Notes under the pieces: model-generated
What the model saw: only the letters and a program-made list of their open reading frames with translations
What the model was told of the DNA's origin: nothing
The model's database searches: none
From: a virus
Length of the DNA: 64,000 nucleotides
Reading direction: 5' to 3' (one strand)
Virus record (IMG/VR): IMGVR_UViG_3300045988_166882
Part shown: in pieces, positions 35,286 through 44,197 of the stretch
How the letters are laid out: each line of letters opens with the position of its first letter
How positions within the stretch are numbered: position 1 is the first letter of the stretch
Program-made: the position numbers and the translations under genes

Positions 35286-36089
35286 ATGGATTGTCAATTC
35301 TTCGTCGTGTCCAAGAACCGCCCCAAGTGCGTCACGACCAAATTGTTGGAAAAGGGCGGCGTCGACTACCACATCGTGGTCGAAAAGGAAGACGTTGAAA
35401 AGTACGTCGAAGCAGGTCACGACCGTAAGCGGTTGATCGTACTACCAGCGTCGAACCGCGGCTACAGCTACGTGGTCAATTTCTGCAAGAACACCTACCT
35501 CCGCGCCGGGCGGCCTGTGGTGGTGATGGATGACGATATCGCCAACTTCTTCTACTCGATCGACGGCGAAGCCAAATGCGGCCTTTCGCTGAAGACCCCA
35601 GAAGAACTGTCAGAGTTCTTTGAAGAGTTCAACCGCGAAGTCATGGAGACCGACTTCGAGTACGGCACCATGGGCAAGAGCGCCTTCGACTGGAGTTGTA
35701 CCGACGTCAGCCCGCGTTTCAAGTACGGCGGTATCCCTCACCTCATCGTGTTCAAAGGGCTGCGGACGCTGGAGTTGGACTTTGACGAAAAGTTGGAGTT
35801 GAAGTGCGACATCGACTATTCGTTGAAGTGTATGTATCTGGGCATCGTCTACGCACGCTTCGTACGCTTCCTTCTCCAGAGTAAGATGAACAAGGAGGCA
35901 AATCAGGGCGGCGGCCTTCAAGACGTGTACGAGCGTCAGGAACGTGTTCAGCGTGCTCACAACATCATATTGAAGCGGTGGCCGCTGAACGCCCGTGTCG
36001 ATGACAAGAAGAAGCCCATCAACGGCGTACCGGAGTTACGTATTGTGTACAAGAAATTTGATATTGACTTTGATGCGGTGGAGGTGTAG
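35286..36089 (+). CDS. GT-A-fold glycosyltransferase-like protein (paralogue of 17098-17913)
   Basis: FVVSKNRP, NRGYSYVVNF, VVVMDDDIANF (DxD). Confidence 0.55.
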   Translation: MDCQFFVVSKNRPKCVTTKLLEKGGVDYHIVVEKEDVEKYVEAGHDRKRLIVLPASNRGYSYVVNFCKNTYLRAGRPVVVMDDDIANFFYSIDGEAKCGLSLKTPEELSEFFEEFNREVMETDFEYGTMGKSAFDWSCTDVSPRFKYGGIPHLIVFKGLRTLELDFDEKLELKCDIDYSLKCMYLGIVYARFVRFLLQSKMNKEANQGGGLQDVYERQERVQRAHNIILKRWPLNARVDDKKKPINGVPELRIVYKKFDIDFDAVEV

Positions 36090-36124
36090 GATTCCAAGTA
36101 TTTATTTGGAAAACTGCACAACGT

Positions 36125-37873
36125 ATGTCAGACAATATCCAAAAAGCAAAGCACAACGTCGGCGATCATCATCCTACGCAACCGTGGGTGTGGACGGAGT
36201 ACAAGCCCGGAAAGTTCAACTGGCGTGTCGACAAGAACGCCAAACCCAAGGACAACGCCGATACCGGTAAACAATCGACAGGCGGCGGCGCCACGAGCCT
36301 CGAAGAGTGGGCTAAGCGTACCACCGACGACAACCTGCTCAAAGTAGTAAACAACCCCAAAGGTAACGCGCAGTTGCGGCAGATTGCCTACAACGAACTG
36401 AAGTCACGTAACGCCGATCTTTTGCAGGTCGATACAAGCGGTACGTTGGCCACGCTGTTGAAGATGACCACCCAGCAGGACCCCGTGGCACCCACCAACG
36501 CCGCGGCTAAAGTAGACATCAACGACGGCGAGGGCGGAAACGACGACGGTGAAATCGTTGAAGACTGGTTCCTCAACCCTGACGACCCGCGCATTCAGAA
36601 GAAGTTCAACAAACTCCAAAGCCGTCAGGACCGTATTGCGTACGACCGCTTCGTCTACGCGATGAAGAAGAAGGACCCTGACTACCAGCCGCCTGTTGAG
36701 GTGATGTACGACCTGAACCGCCAGTATCTGGAGTTCTTGGACAACAAGGAGCAGCGGTTCATGATCTCGGCTGGTGGTGCCGGTATCGGTAAATCGTACG
36801 GTTTCAAGAAAATCGCCGAACTGCTCAACAAGCGTCCGTTTGACGCCGAAACCGACGCGCCGGGCGATGGCGACTATGACTACGTTGAACTCGGTGACAT
36901 CAACTCCAAGAAGCAGCTGCTGGGCGTACTCAAAGCCCACAACGGCAAGATTCTTCTGTTCGACGATACCGACTCCGTTATCACCCGCGCCGACTTGGCT
37001 TCCATCATGAAGAAGGCCACTTCCGCTTCAGGTAAGCGCGTGGTCGGAGACCCGGACGACGTCAAGTCGAATTTCGTATTCACGGGCCGTATCATCATCA
37101 TGACCAACAAGGACCTCGTGAACCTCGCCAAGAACGAGGATGCCAAGGCTATCATTTCGCGCGCTACGCTGACGTCGGAAGTCTACCTGACCGTTGACGA
37201 GACGATCGAGGTTCTGAAGGACCGCTACGAAGACATGGACGTTCCCCAGCAGCCGCACCTCGATGACCCCGAAGAGGACAAGCAGGAACGTAAAGAACTG
37301 TTTGACCTTATTGTCAAGAACAAGAATAAGATCGACCCTGCCAAGTTTACCACCCGTACCTTTGGCACCATCTTGTCGGAGAAGCGTTCTGCCGACCGCG
37401 CTAACAAGCGCGCCAAGCAGGGCGGTCAGTGGACAAACCTGATCGGCAGCCAGCAAAAGGAGTGGGAACGCGCCGCCGTTCGTGCACTGACGAAGGGACT
37501 CGCGTACGAGGCCATTCAACCCGTCGAAACGTCGGATGATATCAGTAAGGCCGAAGCCCTGCTCAGCGACGCAGAATCGCTCGAAAAGGCCGATTTTACC
37601 GAAGAGCAGCGTGAGAAACTTGCCAAGAAGAAGGAGGCCCTCCCTGACGGCTCGTTCCCGATTCGTAACAAGTCCGACCTGAAGAACGCCATCCGTCTTG
37701 CTGGTAACGCCAAAAACCCCGAACGCGCTCGGCGCTGGATCAAACGCCGCGCCAAGTCGCTCGGTGCTGAGGATATGATCCCCGACACGTGGAAGGCTCA
37801 GACTACTGACCTCGGTTCGCTGCCGGCTGACGACATGTCGATCGAAAAGGCTGAAACCCTCTTGTTCGGATAA
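36125..37873 (+). CDS. P-loop (AAA-like) ATPase domain protein (582 aa)
   Basis: Walker A GGAGIGKS, Walker B ILLFDDTD, then FTGRIIIMTN. The C-terminus carries FPIRNKSDLKNAIRLAG. Confidence 0.7.
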   Translation: MSDNIQKAKHNVGDHHPTQPWVWTEYKPGKFNWRVDKNAKPKDNADTGKQSTGGGATSLEEWAKRTTDDNLLKVVNNPKGNAQLRQIAYNELKSRNADLLQVDTSGTLATLLKMTTQQDPVAPTNAAAKVDINDGEGGNDDGEIVEDWFLNPDDPRIQKKFNKLQSRQDRIAYDRFVYAMKKKDPDYQPPVEVMYDLNRQYLEFLDNKEQRFMISAGGAGIGKSYGFKKIAELLNKRPFDAETDAPGDGDYDYVELGDINSKKQLLGVLKAHNGKILLFDDTDSVITRADLASIMKKATSASGKRVVGDPDDVKSNFVFTGRIIIMTNKDLVNLAKNEDAKAIISRATLTSEVYLTVDETIEVLKDRYEDMDVPQQPHLDDPEEDKQERKELFDLIVKNKNKIDPAKFTTRTFGTILSEKRSADRANKRAKQGGQWTNLIGSQQKEWERAAVRALTKGLAYEAIQPVETSDDISKAEALLSDAESLEKADFTEEQREKLAKKKEALPDGSFPIRNKSDLKNAIRLAGNAKNPERARRWIKRRAKSLGAEDMIPDTWKAQTTDLGSLPADDMSIEKAETLLFG

Positions 37874-37876
37874 CCC

Positions 37877-40261
37877 ATGGACGAACTGAGAAAAGCGCTG
37901 GAAACTTTCGCCCTCCGTAACGCCGAGGGCGAAGTTTCTGACGCCATGCTGGAGAAGGCGTGTGAGGCGTACAAGGTTCGTTCTTCAGAGTTCGTCGACG
38001 ACTACCAGTATAACCTGTACGTGGCGAAGTCCGTCTACGATCACCTCCATGGCGTCGATCAAGACCCTGAAATTTCAAAGGCTATCATGCCCGGCCAGAC
38101 TAAGGTTGTCGATGGCGTGGTGTATATTTGGACGCTTACCCCTAACGCCAAAACGAAGTACGACTGGCGAGTTTACAAGAATCCTCAAGGTACACCCGTT
38201 GGAAAGGGTCCTTTTCGCTCTAAAGCCATATTAGAACGGCAGCAGAAGGAAGTGAACGAAATGTTCCCCGCCGACCCCTCTGAATTGACCTTCGTTCAGA
38301 AACTGGGCGGTTCTACGGGGGCTGAGTTGATGAAAGACGCCAAGGGCCGTGAGTTCGTCGTAAAGAGTTCTAAGAACACCACCCGCGGTCACATCGCAGC
38401 GGAGTACTACGCCGCGCAGGTATACAGCCTTTTGGGGTTGGACACGCCTGACTATGAAATGTACGACGACGGAACGGACCTCGTGTTGATATCGAATTAC
38501 ATGCGCGGCATGTCCGAACCTCAAGTTAAGGACTACGACACCATGGCTAAAGGCTTTGTCGTTGACGCCTTTTTGGCCAACTGGGATATTTACAAAAACG
38601 ACAACTGCTTGGTTGACGCCGCTGGTAAAGTCTACCGCGTCGACAACGGTAGTACGTTTGATTACCGTGCCCAAGGAGCCAAGAAGCCTTTTGGCAACCA
38701 AATCGACTGGGATAACATGGTGCGGTACAATTCCAGCGTGGTTGCCAACCTCAAGCCGCAGGACTTCATCGATCAGATTGACGCCCTGAAAGCCCGTAAA
38801 GACGAAGTATTGGCGTATTTTGACGCCGGAAGGCTCGGTTCCAAGCCGAAGATGCGCGCCATCATTGAGGCTCGTTTCAAAGACCTCGACCGCATCCGCG
38901 GTATTTATGAGATAGAAGTACGTCGTACCAGCAGACAAGTTGCGCCCCGAACGCTCAAGTCTCCGGCAGATATGTACCGCGACTTCACCGAAGATGAGAT
39001 CAATGATTTTTGGAATAATCAGCCCGGAGCCGATTATTACCAAAAGTTACAACGTCACAGCGGCCATACGGGGTGGGAACTGCTCTCTACCATTTGTAGC
39101 GCTCGTGGCTTTGATGCGCGGCCTGATGTAGTCGACGACGCTACGTTCTTCGCCAAGGCTGCTCAGAATAAGTATCATATGTTCCGGGGAGTGGAACGTA
39201 ACGGAACGGATAAAAACTACTACGCCGACGACTTCAAGTACAACGACGCTTGTTACTACGGAACTGTTGGTGTGTATGCTGAAGGAATCTATTTCCATGT
39301 GAACGATTCGTCTAACGCCGACCGCACTCCATCCGGCTATCAGAAGACTTCGGCTTATCACAACGCTCGCGGTTACGCGGGTAGTGGTGCCATTATCGAG
39401 GCAGTTCTCGACGACAGCGCCAAGGTCATAACCGTTAATGACGCTCGTGAAGAGGTCAAGCAACTGTCTGCCGGTAATTCACCTGCTTTCCAAAAGGCAA
39501 AAAAAGAACTCGACGACGCCAAGGCCGAATACCAGCGCGTAACCGACGAACTCAACAACCTTACCGACACTACCGAAAAGAAGGTAAAGTCCGATATGCA
39601 CTGGGACGACGCTTCGTACGTCGATATCCCGTTACAAATCGACCAGATTATCGACTGGGGTGCCATCGACGATGACGGCAACCCGGCATACATGAAGTTT
39701 GACGACTTCATGGATAATCACCTAAAAGGCTGGATCAAGGCTAACGGCGGTACTATTACGGCCAAGGGTGGAGGCACCGACGACTACGTCATCAAGATGC
39801 CTAACACCAACGAACGGTTCGTCTTTTCGCGCTTTCGGTACGAGAACGACGCTATCAAACGTAAGAACGCATTTGCGCGTCCGTACAACTATCCCGTTCG
39901 CCAGCTGAAGGAATGGATCATGCGCGAGCACTTCGGTAAAATTGAAGATGCCGTAAAGAGTGCCATCAACAACTTGGATGACGAAGTGAAACGTTTGCAG
40001 GGCGAACAGCGCAAGGCGTATGTCGATTACAAAGACAAGGACAACGCCATGAGCAAGTTGAGCGTAAACGCCGTTGGTGATCCTGATAAGGACATCTATG
40101 CTGCCATCTACAAGAACGTTCATAAGGACGGCGAAAAAGAAGCACTGGGCGTATACGCTGCTTTGAAGGGATATGACGCCCTTATTCAGCCTAACGGAAA
40201 CGGTTCCGGTAACTCGTTCATGATCGTGTTGAATCGCTCTAAAATCATTACTCGTAAATAG
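37877..40261 (+). CDS. large multidomain protein: PI3/4-kinase-like or protein-kinase-like domain plus ART-like domain
   Basis: KGREFVVKSSK...DAFLANWDIYKNDNCLVD..GKVYRVDNGSTF resembles a kinase catalytic loop. HMFRGVE...GVYAEGIYFHVN...IIEAVL resembles the ADP-ribosyltransferase R/G-x-G-I-Y-F/E pattern. Confidence 0.7.
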   Translation: MDELRKALETFALRNAEGEVSDAMLEKACEAYKVRSSEFVDDYQYNLYVAKSVYDHLHGVDQDPEISKAIMPGQTKVVDGVVYIWTLTPNAKTKYDWRVYKNPQGTPVGKGPFRSKAILERQQKEVNEMFPADPSELTFVQKLGGSTGAELMKDAKGREFVVKSSKNTTRGHIAAEYYAAQVYSLLGLDTPDYEMYDDGTDLVLISNYMRGMSEPQVKDYDTMAKGFVVDAFLANWDIYKNDNCLVDAAGKVYRVDNGSTFDYRAQGAKKPFGNQIDWDNMVRYNSSVVANLKPQDFIDQIDALKARKDEVLAYFDAGRLGSKPKMRAIIEARFKDLDRIRGIYEIEVRRTSRQVAPRTLKSPADMYRDFTEDEINDFWNNQPGADYYQKLQRHSGHTGWELLSTICSARGFDARPDVVDDATFFAKAAQNKYHMFRGVERNGTDKNYYADDFKYNDACYYGTVGVYAEGIYFHVNDSSNADRTPSGYQKTSAYHNARGYAGSGAIIEAVLDDSAKVITVNDAREEVKQLSAGNSPAFQKAKKELDDAKAEYQRVTDELNNLTDTTEKKVKSDMHWDDASYVDIPLQIDQIIDWGAIDDDGNPAYMKFDDFMDNHLKGWIKANGGTITAKGGGTDDYVIKMPNTNERFVFSRFRYENDAIKRKNAFARPYNYPVRQLKEWIMREHFGKIEDAVKSAINNLDDEVKRLQGEQRKAYVDYKDKDNAMSKLSVNAVGDPDKDIYAAIYKNVHKDGEKEALGVYAALKGYDALIQPNGNGSGNSFMIVLNRSKIITRK

Positions 40262-40262
40262 T

Positions 40263-40679
40263 ATGAAAAAGGAACCCCAGTACGGAATAGCGCGCCTGCG
40301 AACGACTTCGGTCGTTGGCGGTATGGCTTCACCGTACATCAATCGTAAACAACCTTCGGCGTTGATCCCCTTCAAGGGTGATCTCCCGATGCTGAACGAC
40401 ATCGACACTCTCACGTTCCGTGAAGCTATCCGTGAGACGCTGTCGCTCGACGAACTTTCGTCAGAGTTTCAGCGTGTAGCCACCGAGGGTTATCGTATTG
40501 CCGTCATGGAAGAAGGATTCACCGCGTATCTTCGCGAGCGAGCCATAACGCCTGACGACTTTGTAAAATTAAGCAATCCCGAGAAATCGGACTATTTGCT
40601 GGATTGGATGAATTTGAACTCATTAGGTTTGGAATCGCTTAAAATCACAATCCGCAATGGCAAAAATTACGTACAATAA
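40263..40679 (+). CDS. hypothetical protein
   Basis: 138-aa ORF. Confidence 0.6.
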   Translation: MKKEPQYGIARLRTTSVVGGMASPYINRKQPSALIPFKGDLPMLNDIDTLTFREAIRETLSLDELSSEFQRVATEGYRIAVMEEGFTAYLRERAITPDDFVKLSNPEKSDYLLDWMNLNSLGLESLKITIRNGKNYVQ

Positions 40680-41181
40680 TCCCGCGGCGTTCGCTATCAA
40701 CGACACCGTGCGCGACCTCATCAGTAAGGTGGCCGATGATACCGCCAACCCCGAAATCGTCATCACCTCGACGCTCCGTACCCCTGAAGCGCAGGCCAAG
40801 GCTATGGCCGACAACCTGTATGCCGGTAAACGTATCCGCTACCGTGCGCCGGGTGCAGCCGTTACCAAGGTCTTTGACGACAACTGCAAAAAGCAGGCCC
40901 GCTCCGAGGTCGAGAAACTGATGGTGGCTGAAATCGAACGCCAAGCCGCCATGGGGCAGCGTGTATCGCTTCACTGTACGACGGAGGCGTTGTACCGCCA
41001 GTGTAACATCATCGACCTTTCGATCTCGCAGATGAAGAACCCGCGTGACTTCACCAACGCTTTGGCTAAAGAGGAGAAGTGCCGTAAGATCATCACGCCG
41101 CTTGGCGACGTTAAGTATGAAAGCCCCAAGGTGTCTATCGACGGCAATGAAGCCGCGCTCCACGTCGAGATTTTGGCGTAA
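40657..41181 (+). CDS. hypothetical protein, possibly M15-type (DD/LD-peptidase fold) cell-wall hydrolase
   Basis: ITSTLRTPEAQ, SLHC...IIDLS and AALHVEI loosely match the SxHxxGxAxD/H pattern. Weak call. Confidence 0.55.
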   Translation: MAKITYNNPAAFAINDTVRDLISKVADDTANPEIVITSTLRTPEAQAKAMADNLYAGKRIRYRAPGAAVTKVFDDNCKKQARSEVEKLMVAEIERQAAMGQRVSLHCTTEALYRQCNIIDLSISQMKNPRDFTNALAKEEKCRKIITPLGDVKYESPKVSIDGNEAALHVEILA

Positions 41182-41215
41182 CAAGTATAATGTTAGAAAC
41201 TTATAAAATTTAAGA
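41178..41215 (+). promoter_or_regulatory. conserved gene-junction element (candidate late promoter)
   Basis: GTAACAAGTATAAT..AAATTTAAGA-N2-ATG, almost identical to 60531-60560. The ACAAGTATAA core also occurs at 44250. Confidence 0.35.
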
Positions 41216-41217
41216 AT

Positions 41218-42963
41218 ATGCCGAGTTTTGTAAATATGGCGTCGCTTACCAAGTTGACGTCGATTACGGGAAACGAAGAGTTTCAAGTCTCAGCTACCAA
41301 CAAGATTAGTTCAAGAGACATAGCTTCATTGGCGCTTACACAGCAATTACATGGTTTATCGGAGGTCACTATTGGATCACCAAAAATATCAAGTACCTCG
41401 TTGTTGCTGTCTGCCATAGCAGCACTTTACAGGCTTAGTAGCGACAATGGTAAAATACTTCCAATTTCCAACGGTATTGATAAGTTCGGAAATGTCGTTT
41501 TTTCCGGTACTAATGCAGTCGGGATATTATTCGATGTGAAGGCATCCAAATACTTTACCCGATCAGGAGTGACTGCCACTGCAATCTTCAACAGCGCGCA
41601 ATGGATTTCTTGGTTGCAAGACGGAGAGGCTCATGAGATGGACGGTGGTTCCGGTGTTGCCGATCCGATTCAGATTCACGACTTCGCCGAGGTCAGTGCT
41701 ATCGACAACTGGCCGACGCCTAAAGACGGTCTGATTATTCCGTTTGTTACGGATTCAGGCGTTCTGAATAAACCGGGGAACGAATCCGAGTACGTGGGCA
41801 TCATCATCTGCGAAGTAGATACCCAAAATACGGGCCGCGCCGAAGTAATTGCTTACGGATGTGGAACTGGTGCGTGCTATGTAGGATTACTGGATTATGC
41901 TTCGGTCAGTATCGAATGGATGGTAAACAAAATGTCGGTCGCTGGCAAAAAACTTAGCGCGTTTACCGGTACTGCAATCGGAAACTATATTCAGAGCATG
42001 GGAAATGCTGGTGACTTATTTCCGTTCGTCACTGTAAACGCCAACAAGACTACCGCTAACCAGTTTCCGGCCAACGGTGCATGGAGTGGATTCGTCACCA
42101 TTGGTGACGGGGGTGGTGTAAACATTATTGCTTTCAAAAGCACCACTGATCCGAATGCCGAGGTTTATGTCGGTCGTTGTAGTGGCGGCACTACCCAATG
42201 GACCCTCGTCGGTGGTGGTAGTGGTGGTGGTGGTGGACTGGACGTGATTAATGTTCCTATGGGCGGTGATATAGGCTCCATCATTGCTGGTGCAAACTGG
42301 AAACAAACGGGAATGGAGGGAGAGATGAAAGCCGTTTTTGTCTTGGACCCTGCAAGTGTTGTTGGAGACTATTTTCCGAATCTTAAAAACGCTCAGACAC
42401 TCGCAGGATTTGCTCAATGTGTCTATGACGGTTCAGACTATCAGTATTTCATAACCACCCTATTCCCGTATACAGACACATTACGCAATCTCTCAAAAGA
42501 GTATGGGCGAATTCTTTCAGAAACTAACGGGGATGTTATCGACTATGAAGAATATCCGTATTGTGGAGAGGCCCCTATTCCCGGTTATTCTACTTTAGTG
42601 AACGTATGGCGTGGTCCTTTAGTGACAGATAGTACCGGGGTTATAAATTTTAACGCTGAGATACCTACATCTTCAAAGATATTGGTTGTCGCAAAACTGC
42701 GTAGCTCAACTGCTACAACAGCCAATGTCGTAGCGAATATCCCTATAACTTTTGTTGATGTAAATTCGACAGGCCAAGGAATTATACTCGACTACACAAA
42801 CCTACTCATAGGTAAAAACGGTGTTCCCGGTTCCATAAGGCTCATTTGTTCGTCTGTTATTACTGGAGCTACGGGTGTACAAGGTATGAATTTCGTGTTA
42901 CAAGTGAGCAACGTATCAGATGTGTCTAATATTCTCGAAATAGCGATGTATAGCAATAGATAG
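41218..42963 (+). CDS. tail fibre / receptor-binding protein (581 aa)
   Basis: Low-GC ORF, Gly-run hinge (GGGSGGGGG), Ser/Thr/Gly/Asn/Val-rich (beta-type composition). The C-terminal third is homologous to the inverted ORF at 43448-44230. Confidence 0.65.
   Translation: MPSFVNMASLTKLTSITGNEEFQVSATNKISSRDIASLALTQQLHGLSEVTIGSPKISSTSLLLSAIAALYRLSSDNGKILPISNGIDKFGNVVFSGTNAVGILFDVKASKYFTRSGVTATAIFNSAQWISWLQDGEAHEMDGGSGVADPIQIHDFAEVSAIDNWPTPKDGLIIPFVTDSGVLNKPGNESEYVGIIICEVDTQNTGRAEVIAYGCGTGACYVGLLDYASVSIEWMVNKMSVAGKKLSAFTGTAIGNYIQSMGNAGDLFPFVTVNANKTTANQFPANGAWSGFVTIGDGGGVNIIAFKSTTDPNAEVYVGRCSGGTTQWTLVGGGSGGGGGLDVINVPMGGDIGSIIAGANWKQTGMEGEMKAVFVLDPASVVGDYFPNLKNAQTLAGFAQCVYDGSDYQYFITTLFPYTDTLRNLSKEYGRILSETNGDVIDYEEYPYCGEAPIPGYSTLVNVWRGPLVTDSTGVINFNAEIPTSSKILVVAKLRSSTATTANVVANIPITFVDVNSTGQGIILDYTNLLIGKNGVPGSIRLICSSVITGATGVQGMNFVLQVSNVSDVSNILEIAMYSNR
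42193..42204 (+). repeat. left copy of the inverted 12-mer at the fibre constant/variable junction
   Basis: ACCCAATGGACC, read as ACC CAA TGG ACC (TQWT). Confidence 0.5.
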
Positions 42964-43005
42964 ATTAACAGTGGTGCATCTTCGGGTGGAATAGCTCCCG
43001 GTACA

Positions 43006-43413
43006 GTGATATTCAACGACGAATTTTCGTTTGATGGCTACACCAGCGCAAATCCCGGTCAGTTGTCTCTCTTACAACCTATTCCGTTAGGGTCCATAGT
43101 GACTTTCATAGGATCGTATTATTTTGGACTTCCCGCCGAAGAAATTTTACTTTCACCCGAAAGCCATACATGGTCATTTACAGTAGCTTTACCCACTGGA
43201 GCTTCCAGTGTCGCACACTATCTGAAAGACATGTTAGTCGTGCAAAATCCCGATACAAATTTGGTAGTAGACAGACAATCCGCGATGTACAAAATAGATG
43301 CCAAAAATCTCGTTAATGGCAAAATCAGTACAATAGATATGTACGCTACTGGAGTTCTGTTGTCTGATATGTATTTAACGATTGAGCAAATTATCTATGT
43401 TGCGCAGGTATAG
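43006..43413 (+). CDS. hypothetical protein in frame with the fibre gene across a single TAG
   Basis: Only a GTG start is available. Same frame as 41218-42963 and open continuously from the fibre TAG at 42961-42963. Confidence 0.5.
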   Translation: MIFNDEFSFDGYTSANPGQLSLLQPIPLGSIVTFIGSYYFGLPAEEILLSPESHTWSFTVALPTGASSVAHYLKDMLVVQNPDTNLVVDRQSAMYKIDAKNLVNGKISTIDMYATGVLLSDMYLTIEQIIYVAQV

Positions 43414-43418
43414 AATAA

Positions 43419-43443
43419 ATCCCCCTCCTATTAAGAGGGGGAT
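43419..43443. terminator. bidirectional rho-independent terminator
   Basis: ATCCCCCTC/GAGGGGGAT 9-bp stem flanked by AATAAA and TTTTCTT. Lies between convergent ORFs. Confidence 0.7.
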
Positions 43444-43447
43444 TTTC

Positions 43448-44137
43448 TTAGATATTGGCATACACACCTTTAATCCGCAAAATATCAGATGGATTACCTA
43501 AATTGTTTGATGTTACAACTACTTGTAATCCCTGAATCCCTTTCGCTCCTGTCACAACAGAAGCAACATTCAAACGGATTTGCCCGATATTAGTTCCGGA
43601 CGCAATACTTCGGGTGTTCAAATCCATAAGTGTTGCTGCTTGTACGGGATTAAAGAACGTTACAGGAATAGCCACTGATCGAATGTCAGCATTGGGACCA
43701 GCCGATGATCTGAGTTCGGCGTCAATGAACATTGCCGTACTGTTGATGACCTCATAGTTAAAATTCACAATCATCAAACTCCCTGCTGATAATGCCAAGT
43801 CATATTGATTGGCTATTTTGGTAAATCCGGGGATAGGGGATGCAAAGGTACCAATGGGGGTCAACATGGTCTCCATTACGTCACCGCTATTGTTCATCAG
43901 CACTTCTCCCCGGTAAGCGATCCGGCCTGATGTTTCCCATATTGTGAAGGTTAGTCCAATGTGTTGATAATCTCCGCCATCATACACACGCTGGGCATAT
44001 CCAACAATAGTAGATTCAGCCTGCGGAAAAGAAGCGTTTTTGATCTGAGGTAATTGATCGTATATATCGGATGACGGCTCTATGAATACAGGCACTATTT
44101 CGCCATCCTTATCCCACGAGTGATTTTCAACAATCAT
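43448..44137 (-). CDS. alternative tail-fibre C-terminal cassette (frame open to 44230 without a start codon)
   Basis: The only convincing minus-strand ORF in the window. Collinear with residues ~326-581 of the + strand fibre. The homology continues 31 codons upstream of its first ATG. Confidence 0.6.
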   Translation of the reverse strand: MIVENHSWDKDGEIVPVFIEPSSDIYDQLPQIKNASFPQAESTIVGYAQRVYDGGDYQHIGLTFTIWETSGRIAYRGEVLMNNSGDVMETMLTPIGTFASPIPGFTKIANQYDLALSAGSLMIVNFNYEVINSTAMFIDAELRSSAGPNADIRSVAIPVTFFNPVQAATLMDLNTRSIASGTNIGQIRLNVASVVTGAKGIQGLQVVVTSNNLGNPSDILRIKGVYANI

Positions 44138-44197
44138 CGTGATGGATTCATCCGACCCGATGTATATAGGGTCAACTGCCCCACCTCCGCCAACAGC

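Noticed and set aside
42208-42237. GGT-rich triplet run (ggtggtggtagtggtggtggtggtgga) in the fibre gene as a slipped-strand phase-variation switch.
   Set aside because: The repeat unit is 3 nt, so slippage would change the Gly-linker length but not the reading frame. It is more likely a flexible hinge.
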